A DNA stretch of 64,000 nt from Spirulina sp. Lineage in GTDB: Bacteria > Cyanobacteriota > Cyanobacteriia > Phormidesmidales > Phormidesmidaceae. A model generated the notes under the pieces. That model did no database searches and was not told the DNA's origin. It saw nothing but the letters and a program-made list of their open reading frames with translations. Numbering within the stretch: position 1 is the first letter of the stretch; each line of letters opens with the position of its first letter. Made by a program: the position numbers and the translations under genes. Shown piece by piece: positions 38,871-48,383 of the stretch. The stretch is taken from positions 1 through 64,000 of the forward strand of contig JBIPSI010000008.1 in assembly GCA_044070495.1 (NCBI GenBank), written 5' to 3'.

Positions 38871-39941
38871 TTATTTCAAGGCTTTGATGATTTCTCGCAG
38901 CCGCTTATTGAGGTCTAGGAATCTGTCCATTTGTTGCTGACTTAAAGCAACGCCTAAATCTTTCATTTCTTTGAGATCGATAAAACTCTGAAGATCTTGA
39001 AACTTAAGTGCATCGCCAACGAAGGATTTCATGGCATCCCTTTGCGCCACTCTCATCGCACTATCCTCATCACCTTGGGCATGGTTGAGAATAGTGGCTA
39101 ATTGTTGATTCTTGCGAAGCTCCTGATCATCGCCGGAGGCTACAAGGGCAGGGACAACTTTGATAACCACGTAGTCGTCCTGCATGGGCTGTTCTTTATC
39201 GGCAATAGAAAAGTATTCTAGATGTAAACCCCGAAGCTGATACTTAACGGCTTCAACGGGTTGGTTAAACAACACGTAGGCACCGCATCGAAGTTTGGCT
39301 TCACCCTCTGGAAAAAGGCTGTAAAAATCAACCTGACTCTTGAAGACAACCTGATTTTGCTGTTGTAGTTCAGCCAGTTTAGCCAGCCCAAGTACGGCGT
39401 TTCCGACAATGCCAGAAAATGGGATTAACGTGGGAAAGACTGCTCCAAATCCTGCATTGACCTGCCTTAAGGCCGCCAAAACAGAATCGTTGTCTTGCAA
39501 TCCCTTATCGACTTCAATAATGGAAACCTCAAGCCAAACACGATTTTTAAGGGAATGATTTTCTCTGCCAAAAATATGCTCAAACTCTAGGTTGTCTTGT
39601 GGAGAGCCTTCCTTGATATCTATCCCAAAGAAGTTGATGGCTTCCGTGGTGGGTTCATTACCATACTTAACCCGCGACTGAACCAAAAGATCGTTGCCGC
39701 TGCGATTCTCATCATAGTTTTCTCTGATCAAGAAGGTTTCTAGGGTAATCGTAAACGATCCCCCTTCTTCCACCAGTTTGTCGGTTGGAGCTAGGGGTGA
39801 AAAGGCTCTTTGGAGTCTGGCACCTTGGGGGTTATCTAACTCGGCTAAGGGCACAAACCAGCACGTATCTTTGTTAATATCTCTGGAACGAGTTTCCATA
39901 GTCCTTCCCAATGGGTTATGGGGTATTGCTAGATCCGTCAA
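38871..39941 (-). CDS. Hypothetical protein in the caspase/CHAT/STAND cluster
   Basis: 356-aa open frame co-oriented within the cluster; alternative ATG at 39899; no family recognised. Confidence 0.75.
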   Translation of the reverse strand: MTDLAIPHNPLGRTMETRSRDINKDTCWFVPLAELDNPQGARLQRAFSPLAPTDKLVEEGGSFTITLETFLIRENYDENRSGNDLLVQSRVKYGNEPTTEAINFFGIDIKEGSPQDNLEFEHIFGRENHSLKNRVWLEVSIIEVDKGLQDNDSVLAALRQVNAGFGAVFPTLIPFSGIVGNAVLGLAKLAELQQQNQVVFKSQVDFYSLFPEGEAKLRCGAYVLFNQPVEAVKYQLRGLHLEYFSIADKEQPMQDDYVVIKVVPALVASGDDQELRKNQQLATILNHAQGDEDSAMRVAQRDAMKSFVGDALKFQDLQSFIDLKEMKDLGVALSQQQMDRFLDLNKRLREIIKALK

Positions 39942-40000
39942 ATGTGATAAAAGGTGTCTGACTGTTTCCTTGCGGCTTTAGCCAGACACCTTTCCTAGAT

Positions 40001-42103
40001 TTAGATTCCTAGTCGTTCGTAGGTTTGTGGGCCAACGACACCATCAGCACCCAGGCTATATTTACGTTGAAAGTCTTCAACGGCTTTCTTCGTTCCGGGG
40101 CCAAAGACACCATCAACCATTACCGCAATTCCATCGGCTTTAAGGGCAGCTTGCACCTTGCTGACCCATTCTCCCTGCATGTTGGGCGTAGTCAATTTCA
40201 AAACAGGGCGACTTGCTACCGAAGCCTGAGGACTAAAGCCACCTTTGGCTAGGGCTAGACCTTTTTGAACAGCTTCCGTAAAGACATCAAGTCCGTGACT
40301 ACCTCCATTGACATACTTGCGGGCCTTGGCATAGTCCTTCATAGCAAGGGCAGCACGGATACCCATTTCCTTGCTCTTGAGGAAGAGAGCTAGTAAATCC
40401 GCTGCAATTTGAGGATCGTTAGCGAGTTCAGGATCGTCCACAAGACGATTTCCTAGACCCAGTTCAGCACTAAATTTCTGGTAGTTGTGCTTGCCCGTAA
40501 GTTGAACAAACCCCCGACCTTTGTATTTATCGCCATCTCCAACGGCACTATTTCCTAGGTCTGATCGAGTGTCATATAGCCCAAAGGGACGACCACCAGG
40601 GGCCGTATTGTATTGGGATTGATACTCGCTAATGGGAACAAAACTACCCGTTTCTGCGCGAATGGTTCCTAGGGCCATCAGCACCATATCAAGATCCCCT
40701 AAGCCCACTTTTTCCAGTGACCTTAGAACAGGTGGCAAATACTTTTCAAGATTGCCCCGTGGGACTCCTTGGAAAATTTGAGCAACGAGATCAACGGTAA
40801 AGATTCCGGTATCCACCGTCCTTTTAGGAGGCTGATAGGCATAACCCAAAGCTTTTAGCGTCATTGGGCCTGCAACCCCATCGGCGGTTAGGCCAGCTTG
40901 GTTTTGAAAAGCAATGACAGCGGCCTTCGTTTTGGGGCCAAAGTCGCCATCGGGCTGACAGAAAAGGAGTCCTTTGGCAACTAAAATTTTCTGTAACTCC
41001 AGGACTTCTAGGCTGGCCTGATCCTCTTTTAAGGTAACATTCGCAACAGGTTCAGGACTCGCTGGTGGTTCACTAGGAGGCTGATTTACAGGAACATCAG
41101 CAACTTTAGCTTCAGGCTTTTGGGCTTCTGGTGTGGGCGTAGAAACCGGATTTGAAGCACCCTCCGTCTGCATGAGTTTGGCTAGGGTGTCTGGGCCAAC
41201 AACGCCATCCGCGTTAAGGCCCATTTTTTCCTGGACTCGCTTTAAAGCTGCTTCGGTACCTGGGCCAAAGTCGCCATCGGCGGTAATGCTTTCTCCGTGC
41301 TTAATGAGAGCCTGCTGCAATTTCTGAACATCAGAACCCTGCAAAGAAGGCCGAGTGAGTTTCAGTGTCCGAGGATTATTATCCCAGGGCGCAATGGCAA
41401 AACCACTGACTGGAGATTGGTCTAGACGGCTGTGGGTTTGTCCACCCCATTGACCATCTTCTGCAATTTTGTCTCCCGGATTATTCTTGTTCCAAAGCTG
41501 TTGGAATGCTTTCACTGCCGTTGCGCGAATATCAATGCAGGGCTGACCAACATAGTCAAAATGCCAGGGATCATTGCCACCAAACCATTTCCAACCGTGG
41601 CGCTCTAAAACAGGTCGCCATACTTGATAGTCAGGCACATCTAAGGCGATTCCGCTTTGATGATTACTTTTTCCTGGCAATGCAACCACCGTTAAGCCGC
41701 AGCCTCCAATACCATTCCTACGATTGTAAAGAAAGAGCTGCTGGGCAATAGTTCGGTAGGCAGAAGTAATTCGTAAAGGTTGCCCCCGATCTGCGATTAC
41801 TTTCCGTAAGGACTCCTTAGCCGCAGGCTGTAGAAAAGGGAAAGCAGCCTGATCGAGTTGTACATTCAGATCATCGAAACTCACCATAATATTAGGGGAG
41901 ATGAGATTCATCTGATAGATAAGCTGTTGGGAAAGCCCATTGGCAATGGCGGAGGAACAGCCTGGTGCTTTACTCAACAAAACTGGTGTCAGAGATCGAG
42001 TGCGAATAATTTCCGAAGTCGCTTCAACCTGATTAATTTCAGCTTCAGACTCAAACTCAAACTCTTTCAAAAGAACTTCTGTGTCGATAGTTAGAGTTGT
42101 CAT
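40001..42103 (-). CDS. Multidomain peptidoglycan hydrolase: M15-type Zn peptidase + PG-binding repeats + GH19/lysozyme-like domain
   Basis: SAYRT..QQ, PGKSNHQSGIALD, DPWHFDY (M15); DG.FGP.T..A...FQ...GL.ADGVVGP.T repeats (PG_binding_1); AETG, LGN...GDG.KYKGRGFVQLTG..NY, VNGG.HGL (GH19-like); ATG 42103 with GGAG RBS. Confidence 0.88.
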   Translation of the reverse strand: MTTLTIDTEVLLKEFEFESEAEINQVEATSEIIRTRSLTPVLLSKAPGCSSAIANGLSQQLIYQMNLISPNIMVSFDDLNVQLDQAAFPFLQPAAKESLRKVIADRGQPLRITSAYRTIAQQLFLYNRRNGIGGCGLTVVALPGKSNHQSGIALDVPDYQVWRPVLERHGWKWFGGNDPWHFDYVGQPCIDIRATAVKAFQQLWNKNNPGDKIAEDGQWGGQTHSRLDQSPVSGFAIAPWDNNPRTLKLTRPSLQGSDVQKLQQALIKHGESITADGDFGPGTEAALKRVQEKMGLNADGVVGPDTLAKLMQTEGASNPVSTPTPEAQKPEAKVADVPVNQPPSEPPASPEPVANVTLKEDQASLEVLELQKILVAKGLLFCQPDGDFGPKTKAAVIAFQNQAGLTADGVAGPMTLKALGYAYQPPKRTVDTGIFTVDLVAQIFQGVPRGNLEKYLPPVLRSLEKVGLGDLDMVLMALGTIRAETGSFVPISEYQSQYNTAPGGRPFGLYDTRSDLGNSAVGDGDKYKGRGFVQLTGKHNYQKFSAELGLGNRLVDDPELANDPQIAADLLALFLKSKEMGIRAALAMKDYAKARKYVNGGSHGLDVFTEAVQKGLALAKGGFSPQASVASRPVLKLTTPNMQGEWVSKVQAALKADGIAVMVDGVFGPGTKKAVEDFQRKYSLGADGVVGPQTYERLGI

Positions 42104-42737
42104 AATCACTCCAAAAAGTGAGCAGTGCACACTGAAGCTTCCTTAAAACAAAACACGTTCTAAGAAAGGTCATTTATAGGATTAGTAAGCTGACCAAAAG
42201 GGCCGAATCTCAATTACATCAAGCGAATCACTGAGGGGCGAAGTGAAGCTTGAGGCAATTAACAAGGCTTATCCTGCCTCTGCATTAGCCATGGCCTATG
42301 CGAAACAGAGCTACTGATACTTATCATTCGGCAGAACGTAACGACCAAGAAAGCGATACTGCCATTCCAACCTCAACTACCATATTGCGCTTAAGAAGCT
42401 CACATATAGGAAAAGTGACAATATTCTTTATATGTCGAACTGAATTAACAAATCGCCTAAGTTCAACGATCTCTGTTCAGCCAATATCCTGAGCCTGATC
42501 CATAGTCGCAATGTGATACGGACGGAGCGTAGGCTGTCATTCCATCCTAGGCAGAATCTGAGCAGCGTAGCCCCGCTTTAGCTATCTGTTCCCTTGCTTG
42601 ATCCTTCCTTGAAGTACGTCTTCTCTCCGTAGAAATAGTGATAAACTGATCCTCGAAAAATAAAGAAAATCTTAATTGAAACGCCACACCTTGGGATGGG
42701 GCCTAGGGCAAATCTGGCTAACAACTGCATTCGGTGG

Positions 42738-44075
42738 ATGGAGCAAGTGACAACAAACGAGTCTCACATTACGGCACTCCTCGATGGCTTCGGTCGCTTT
42801 GGGGTGGATTTGGGCCTAGAGCGCATCGAGGTGCTGCTGGGTGCCCTGGGCCATCCCCAAAAACGGGTACCGATTCTCCATGTGGCCGGGAGCAACGGCA
42901 AGGGTTCCGTCTGTGCCTACCTGTCCTCGGTGCTGGGGGCGGCGGGTTACCGAGTTGGGCGCTATACCTCGCCCCATTTAGTGAGTTGGCGGGAGCGCAT
43001 TTGCATTAACGATCAGCTTATTGAGGCCGCTGATCTGCGTCGTGTCCTGGATCGGGTGATTGCCGCCATAGATCCGGCCCAGCCCTCGCCTACCCAGTTT
43101 GAGGTGTTTACGGCGGCAGCTTGGCTGTATTTTGCCGAATCCGAGGTGGATGTGGCGGTGATTGAGGTGGGCCTGGGCGGACGGCTGGATGCCACCAACG
43201 TGGTTGAAGCGCCCCTGGTGAGCGTGATCACCTCCCTCAGTCGGGAACATTGGCAGCGCCTTGGCCCTACCCTGGCAGACATTGCGCGGGAAAAGGCGGG
43301 CATCCTCAAACCCGGTCGGCCTGCGGTGGTTGGCCCCCTGCCCCCAGAGGCGGAGGCGGTGGTGAAGGCGCGGTTGGCGGAGTTGGCTTGTCCGACGGTG
43401 TGGCCCGCCCCAGCCCAGCCCGTGGGTGACAATCAGGCCCGCTACGAGACTGCTCAGGACGGCTTAACCTATCCGCTACCTTTTCCGGGGGAACACCAGC
43501 TCACCAATTCGGCCCTGGCGGTGGAGGCTCTGCTGGAACTGCGGCGGCAGGGATGGGAGATTTCTGATGCGGCGATTGTGCAGGGCATGGGGTCGGCCCG
43601 GTGGCCCGGTCGGTTGCAGTGGACAACCTGGCAGGATGACGCTGGCCAGTCTCACCCATTGCTGATTGACGGTGCCCACAATCCCGCTGCGGCTGAGGTG
43701 TTGCGCCGTTATGTGGATACTCAGTTAACCAAGGCTGATGAGTTACGCCCAGCAATGCCCTCAACGCCCGATCAGAGTGTGGCCTGGTTGATGGGAATGC
43801 TGACGACGAAGGATCATCGCGAGGTGTTTGAAGCCCTGCTGCGACCAGGGGACAGGCTGTACTTGGTGCCTGTGCCGGAACACCTGTCAGCGGATCCCTC
43901 AGACCTAGCAGCTCTTGCCAAATCCATCTGCCCCGCTCTGTCCTACTGTGGAACCTACGCCGATCTGCACCATGGTCTAACGGCCTTGGTAACGGAGGCC
44001 GCATCGCTCAAGGTCTTCTGTGGGTCGCTGTACCTGATTGGCCATTTCTTCGCCACGGAATCCCAGGCTGAGTAG
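42738..44075 (+). CDS. folC: Folylpolyglutamate synthase / dihydrofolate synthase
   Basis: LGLERI..LL..LG.P, HVAGSNGKGSV, YTSPHL, EVGLGGRLDATNV, WPGRL, DGAHNP, CGSLYLIG; start uncertain. Confidence 0.95.
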   Translation: MEQVTTNESHITALLDGFGRFGVDLGLERIEVLLGALGHPQKRVPILHVAGSNGKGSVCAYLSSVLGAAGYRVGRYTSPHLVSWRERICINDQLIEAADLRRVLDRVIAAIDPAQPSPTQFEVFTAAAWLYFAESEVDVAVIEVGLGGRLDATNVVEAPLVSVITSLSREHWQRLGPTLADIAREKAGILKPGRPAVVGPLPPEAEAVVKARLAELACPTVWPAPAQPVGDNQARYETAQDGLTYPLPFPGEHQLTNSALAVEALLELRRQGWEISDAAIVQGMGSARWPGRLQWTTWQDDAGQSHPLLIDGAHNPAAAEVLRRYVDTQLTKADELRPAMPSTPDQSVAWLMGMLTTKDHREVFEALLRPGDRLYLVPVPEHLSADPSDLAALAKSICPALSYCGTYADLHHGLTALVTEAASLKVFCGSLYLIGHFFATESQAE

Positions 44076-44213
44076 CGTGACCTGAGTTCGGGATAAGCCA
44101 AACGCTGCAATCTTGAGAAACCTGCTTCCAGCTTGCACCTCAGCCCTCACCCTAAATCCCTCTCCCGTGAGGAGAGGGACTTTGAACCTTCTAGCTCCCC
44201 TCTCCTCCCTGGG

Positions 44214-44379
44214 CTACTAAGTACACACATCTTGCTTTCATGCCGCAAGTCCTTGGAGATCCCCCTAAATCCCCCTTTTTAAGGGGGACTTTGACTCCGG
44301 CTCCCCCCCTTTTTAAGGGGGGCTCGGGGGCATCGATTCCCTGTATCGTCTACGTTAAGGACTTATGCGTACTTAGTAG
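44214..44379. mobile_element. MITE copy 1 (166 bp)
   Basis: TIRs CTACTAAGTAC...GTACTTAGTAG; 10-bp target duplication CCTCCCTGGG (44204-44213 and 44380-44389); near-identical inverted copy at 55262-55426. Confidence 0.88.
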
Positions 44380-44415
44380 CCTCCCTGGGAGAGGGGCTGG
44401 GGGTGAGGGCCAATT

Positions 44416-45711
44416 TTACCGGGCATCCCATTCAGCGGCGGCATCGGTGATGGCTTGGTCTACGGTTTTTTGGCCCAGCATGGCGGCTTGTAGGTTGTCG
44501 TAGAGGATGGCTTGTAGTTCCTTGATGCCGTCCATGGCGGGGATGAGGACTTCGGCTTGGCCCATTTGTCCGGCGCTGACGGAGCGGGCCTGTTCTACCC
44601 CTGGGGCGGCGCTGTCGTTGACCTGGAAGTACTCGTCTTGCAGGGCGGCGGCAGTGGAGGGTAGCACGTTAGCGGCCTTGGCAAAGGTGAGTTGGTTGGC
44701 ATCGTTGGTTAAATACAGGGCAAAGTCTAGGGCGGCATCGGGCACGTCGCTGCTGGCGGGGATGACCAGATTCATCACGGCCACGTTCTTTTTGCCCGTA
44801 TCGCCGCTAATTTGGGGGGCGCTGCTGGTGACGGCGGCAATGTCGGGGGCGTTGGTTTCGATGGTGGGGAAGAATTCGGCCCCGGTGGACAGCAGCGCTA
44901 CTTCCCCCGCCTGGAACAGTTCGATGGCGCGACGGTGGCCCTGGGTTAGCACTTCCCTAGGCAGCAGGTCATTGGTGTACAAATCCGTCCAGTATTGGAA
45001 AACGGCCTTGCCTTCGGGAGTGTTAAACGCCGCCTTGCCCTGGTCATCGACCAAATCCACCCCCATCTGCACGAAGGATTGCAGCACATCGGCGGAATCC
45101 TCTGGCACAAAGGTGGTGAAGTAGGCGTATTTTCCGGTTTTATCCTTCACCGCCTGGGCCACGGTGGCCAGTTCCTCGTAGGTGGTGGGAGGCTCTACCC
45201 CGGCTTGCTCTAGCAGGGTTTGGTTGTAAAGGGTGACGTTGGTGGTCAGGTACCAGGGAATGCCAAAGCTCTGGCCGTTGAGGGTGTTGGCCTGCCAAAT
45301 GTTGGGCAAATACACCGCCCGATCCGCCTCGCTGACCTTGTCATCCAGGGGCAACCAGGCATTGCGGCTGGCCAGTTGGGCGGCAAAGTCGGGGTTGAGG
45401 TTCACCACATCCGGGGCGGTGCCAGCGGTGACGGCGGTGAGGATTTTGCTCTGCATATCGGCCCAGGGCACATCCACCCAGCGCACGGTCACACCGGGAT
45501 TTTCCGCCTCGTACTGGGCAATTAGCCCATTGAAATAATCGGTGAAATCCGGCTGAAGCTGCATCGTCCAGAACTCGACCTCTTGGCCCCCCGCTGCCCC
45601 GGTGCCTGACCCCGACCCGCTGGGCTGCCCACCGCCACAGGCGACGAGCCAACTGAGCAGCAAACCCGTGAGGGCAAGAAGGGTGTAGCGAAGCCAGGAA
45701 CGTCGTTTCAT
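44416..45711 (-). CDS. Sugar ABC transporter substrate-binding lipoprotein
   Basis: Lipobox LVAC, EFWTMQLQP, WVDVPW, APDVVNLNP, GIPWYLTT. Confidence 0.9.
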   Translation of the reverse strand: MKRRSWLRYTLLALTGLLLSWLVACGGGQPSGSGSGTGAAGGQEVEFWTMQLQPDFTDYFNGLIAQYEAENPGVTVRWVDVPWADMQSKILTAVTAGTAPDVVNLNPDFAAQLASRNAWLPLDDKVSEADRAVYLPNIWQANTLNGQSFGIPWYLTTNVTLYNQTLLEQAGVEPPTTYEELATVAQAVKDKTGKYAYFTTFVPEDSADVLQSFVQMGVDLVDDQGKAAFNTPEGKAVFQYWTDLYTNDLLPREVLTQGHRRAIELFQAGEVALLSTGAEFFPTIETNAPDIAAVTSSAPQISGDTGKKNVAVMNLVIPASSDVPDAALDFALYLTNDANQLTFAKAANVLPSTAAALQDEYFQVNDSAAPGVEQARSVSAGQMGQAEVLIPAMDGIKELQAILYDNLQAAMLGQKTVDQAITDAAAEWDAR

Positions 45712-45860
45712 GGGGGTTGGGGATTAGGAAGTGGGGATTAGGGGTTATGGCAACACATCAAAGCCCTGTCTGGCGAGGGCTAGGCTGCGATAACCTATCC
45801 TACCGCTAGACTGGAATCACCAAAAACTAGAATCACCAACGACAAAAATCACCCCAAAAA

Positions 45861-46454
45861 TCACCAACGGCGCGGTTGAAAGGTGGCATCGTTGAGGATG
45901 ACAACGCTCTCCCCCGATTGCGCTATCACAAACAGCCCTTGGCGGTAGGCGTAGCGGGCTACATCATCGGGCACCACCATTCCGGCCACGGCACCCATGG
46001 CGCGGACATCGCCATAGCGAGGCATCAGTCGCTTAAATTTACTCAGCCGTTCCAAATGCTCGTCCACATCGGTCTGGGTGAGTTTGCTTTTCGCTGCCAC
46101 CAAAATGGCCTCAGTGGAGTTCATGACCAGCAGGTCAATGTCAATGCCTTCATCCCCCCGTCGAGCCGAGGCTTCAGGATAAAACTCGTGAATGGTAATT
46201 CCAAAAGGCTGAAATAGGCTCGCGATCACAGGCTTTACCTGCCACTGCACAAATTCACCGACACAGTTGCCCCACTTGTCCAGTGACTCATTTAGCGGCT
46301 GGTTTTGTGGCTGCAACAGGTATGCCGTTGCCCGAAATCGCTGATCAGTTTCCTGGAATTGTCGTTCGATTTCCTGGAATCGCCGCTCGGTTTCCTTTTG
46401 GGCCTCTGCCAGTTCGCCCAAAATTCGCCAGACTTCTTCGGATGTGGTTGCCAT
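45861..46454 (-). CDS. DUF3782-like coiled-coil / PD-(D/E)XK-like protein
   Basis: MATTSEEVWR.L.EL..AQKETERRFQE repeats, IDIDLLV.N, KSKL...DVDEHLERL.KFK, YAYRQGLFV. Confidence 0.8.
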   Translation of the reverse strand: MATTSEEVWRILGELAEAQKETERRFQEIERQFQETDQRFRATAYLLQPQNQPLNESLDKWGNCVGEFVQWQVKPVIASLFQPFGITIHEFYPEASARRGDEGIDIDLLVMNSTEAILVAAKSKLTQTDVDEHLERLSKFKRLMPRYGDVRAMGAVAGMVVPDDVARYAYRQGLFVIAQSGESVVILNDATFQPRRW

Positions 46455-46530
46455 CGTCGTTAAATCCTGCCAAACGCTAGGGCGCTTAACTCTATGGTAG
46501 CTGACCGATCTAGGGCTACCGTGTCATCTG

Positions 46531-46667
46531 GGGGATCCCCCTAAATCCCCCTTACAAAGGGGGACTTTGAACCCTGTATAAAGGAAGGCTTTGAGTCCAG
46601 TTCCTCCCTTGCTAAGGGAGACTTTGAGTCCAGTTCCCCCCTTCCTAAGGGGGGCTAGGGGGGATCC
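46531..46667. repeat. CCCCCTAAATCCCCCTT...AAGGGGG palindromic repeat cluster
   Basis: Three to four CCCCCTT-n-AAGGGGG(ACTTT) units bounded by GGATCCCCC/GGGGGATCC; the same unit forms the MITE interior. Confidence 0.7.
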
Positions 46668-46729
46668 AGCTTCAGATCAAGGGCCTTGGGGGCGAGAAGA
46701 CCTCTCCCCTACGGTAGCGGGTTGTTTTC

Positions 46730-47929
46730 TTACAGGATCACCTTGACCCGTTGGGCGCAGGCAATGGCGCGTTCCTTGGCCTGTTCCACGGTGTCGCCCA
46801 GGGCGAGGGCTACGCCGAGGCGGCGGTTGGGGGTGGCGTTGGGCTTGCCGAAGAGGCGGGCTTTGCTGGTGGGGATTTGCAGCGCAGCTTCCAAGCCTTC
46901 GTAGTGGGGGCCGTCGCTTTTGCCGGGGGAGAGGATCACCGCCGAGGCTCCGGGCTGGATTTGGGTGATTTCGCCGATGGGCAGGCCCAGAATGGCGCGG
47001 ACGTGGAGTTCAAATTCTGACTGGTGCTGGCTGACCAGGGTGACCATACCCGTGTCGTGGGGGCGGGGGCTGACCTCGCTGAAGTAGACGGTTTGGGCTT
47101 GGTCGGGGTCTCCAGCAATGAACAGTTCCACCCCAAACAGGCCCCAGCCACCTAGGGCATCGGTAATTTGGCGAGCGATATCCTGACAGGCGGCCAGGGT
47201 GTCGGGGTGGAGGGGGCAGGGCTGCCAAGATTCCCGATAGTCGCCGGATGCTTGGCGGTGGCCGATGGGCGGGCAGAAGTGGGTGCCGTCAATAGCCCGC
47301 ACCGTCAGCAGGGTAATTTCGGTGTCGAAGGGGATAAAGCCCTCCACAATCACCCGGTCGCTTTTGCCCCGTCCGGCGTCGTGGGCATAGGCCCAGGCGG
47401 CTTTGACTTCAGCTTCAGACCGCACGGTGCTTTGGCCCTTGCCGGAGGAACTCATGATTGGCTTCACCACGCAGGGCAGGCCCACCGCATCCACGGCGGC
47501 GAGATACTCGGCTTCGGTGGCGGCAAAGCGGTAGGGGGAGGTTTTTAGGCCCAGTTCCTCGGCGGCTAGGCGGCGAATGCCCTCGCGGTTCATGGTCAGT
47601 TGGGTGGCGCGGGCGGTGGGGATGACGCGCCAGCCCTCGGCCTCTAGGGCGACCAGGGTATCGGTGGCGATGGCTTCTACTTCCGGCACAATCAGGCTGG
47701 GCTGTTCTTGGGTAATCACCCGCCGCAGGGCCAAGCCATCCAGCATGTCGATCACATGGCGACGGTGGGCTAGGGCCATGGCGGGGGCATGATCGTAGCG
47801 ATCCACCGCAATCACCTCTAGGCCAAGGCGTATGGCCTCTAGGGCCACCTCGCGGCCCAGTTCGCCCGACCCCAGTAACAGTAAACGCTGGGCCGATTCA
47901 GTCAGGGGGGTACCAAGGGAGAGGGTCAT
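46730..47929 (-). CDS. purT: Formate-dependent phosphoribosylglycinamide formyltransferase
   Basis: [73 protein letters not shown] 47929. Confidence 0.96.
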   Translation of the reverse strand: MTLSLGTPLTESAQRLLLLGSGELGREVALEAIRLGLEVIAVDRYDHAPAMALAHRRHVIDMLDGLALRRVITQEQPSLIVPEVEAIATDTLVALEAEGWRVIPTARATQLTMNREGIRRLAAEELGLKTSPYRFAATEAEYLAAVDAVGLPCVVKPIMSSSGKGQSTVRSEAEVKAAWAYAHDAGRGKSDRVIVEGFIPFDTEITLLTVRAIDGTHFCPPIGHRQASGDYRESWQPCPLHPDTLAACQDIARQITDALGGWGLFGVELFIAGDPDQAQTVYFSEVSPRPHDTGMVTLVSQHQSEFELHVRAILGLPIGEITQIQPGASAVILSPGKSDGPHYEGLEAALQIPTSKARLFGKPNATPNRRLGVALALGDTVEQAKERAIACAQRVKVIL

Positions 47930-48383
47930 AGGGGCAACCGTGGGATAAACGATCATGTTTCTCAATATTAAGTGCTCAGTTTTCGGAAATCTCGCTAACA
48001 TCGCGAGTAGAGGCCAACCATCCCTAACCAACGCTGGTTGAGCCGGAGCACCGCGCAGCGTTATCCACCAGGACGCATCCCCCTTTCGTTCCCACCGAGA
48101 TTTGTTCTCACCGAGGACGATGGTTTCCCTTGAGACTCACCCCTTGAGCCTCAATATCATCCCGTTGAAGCTCTCTCCCCGTGCCCTTTTCAACAAAAGT
48201 GGAAATTCTCAAACAAATTGTGTACCATTCGTTAGCACATTTGGGGCAGGGGCCTTCTACACCCTTTCTCAATCGCTGGAAATCCTTATTTTTCAAGGGT
48301 TTTAGGAGATTGAGCTAAGACCTGTAAAGGCGCTGCTGCGATGGGTCGGGCTGCTGTTCATTTACCCCTTTGCGGATACTGCC

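Noticed and set aside
44240..44503. Small ORFs MPQVLGDPPKSP... (also 55158..55400)
   Set aside because: They are translations of the MITE and palindromic repeats
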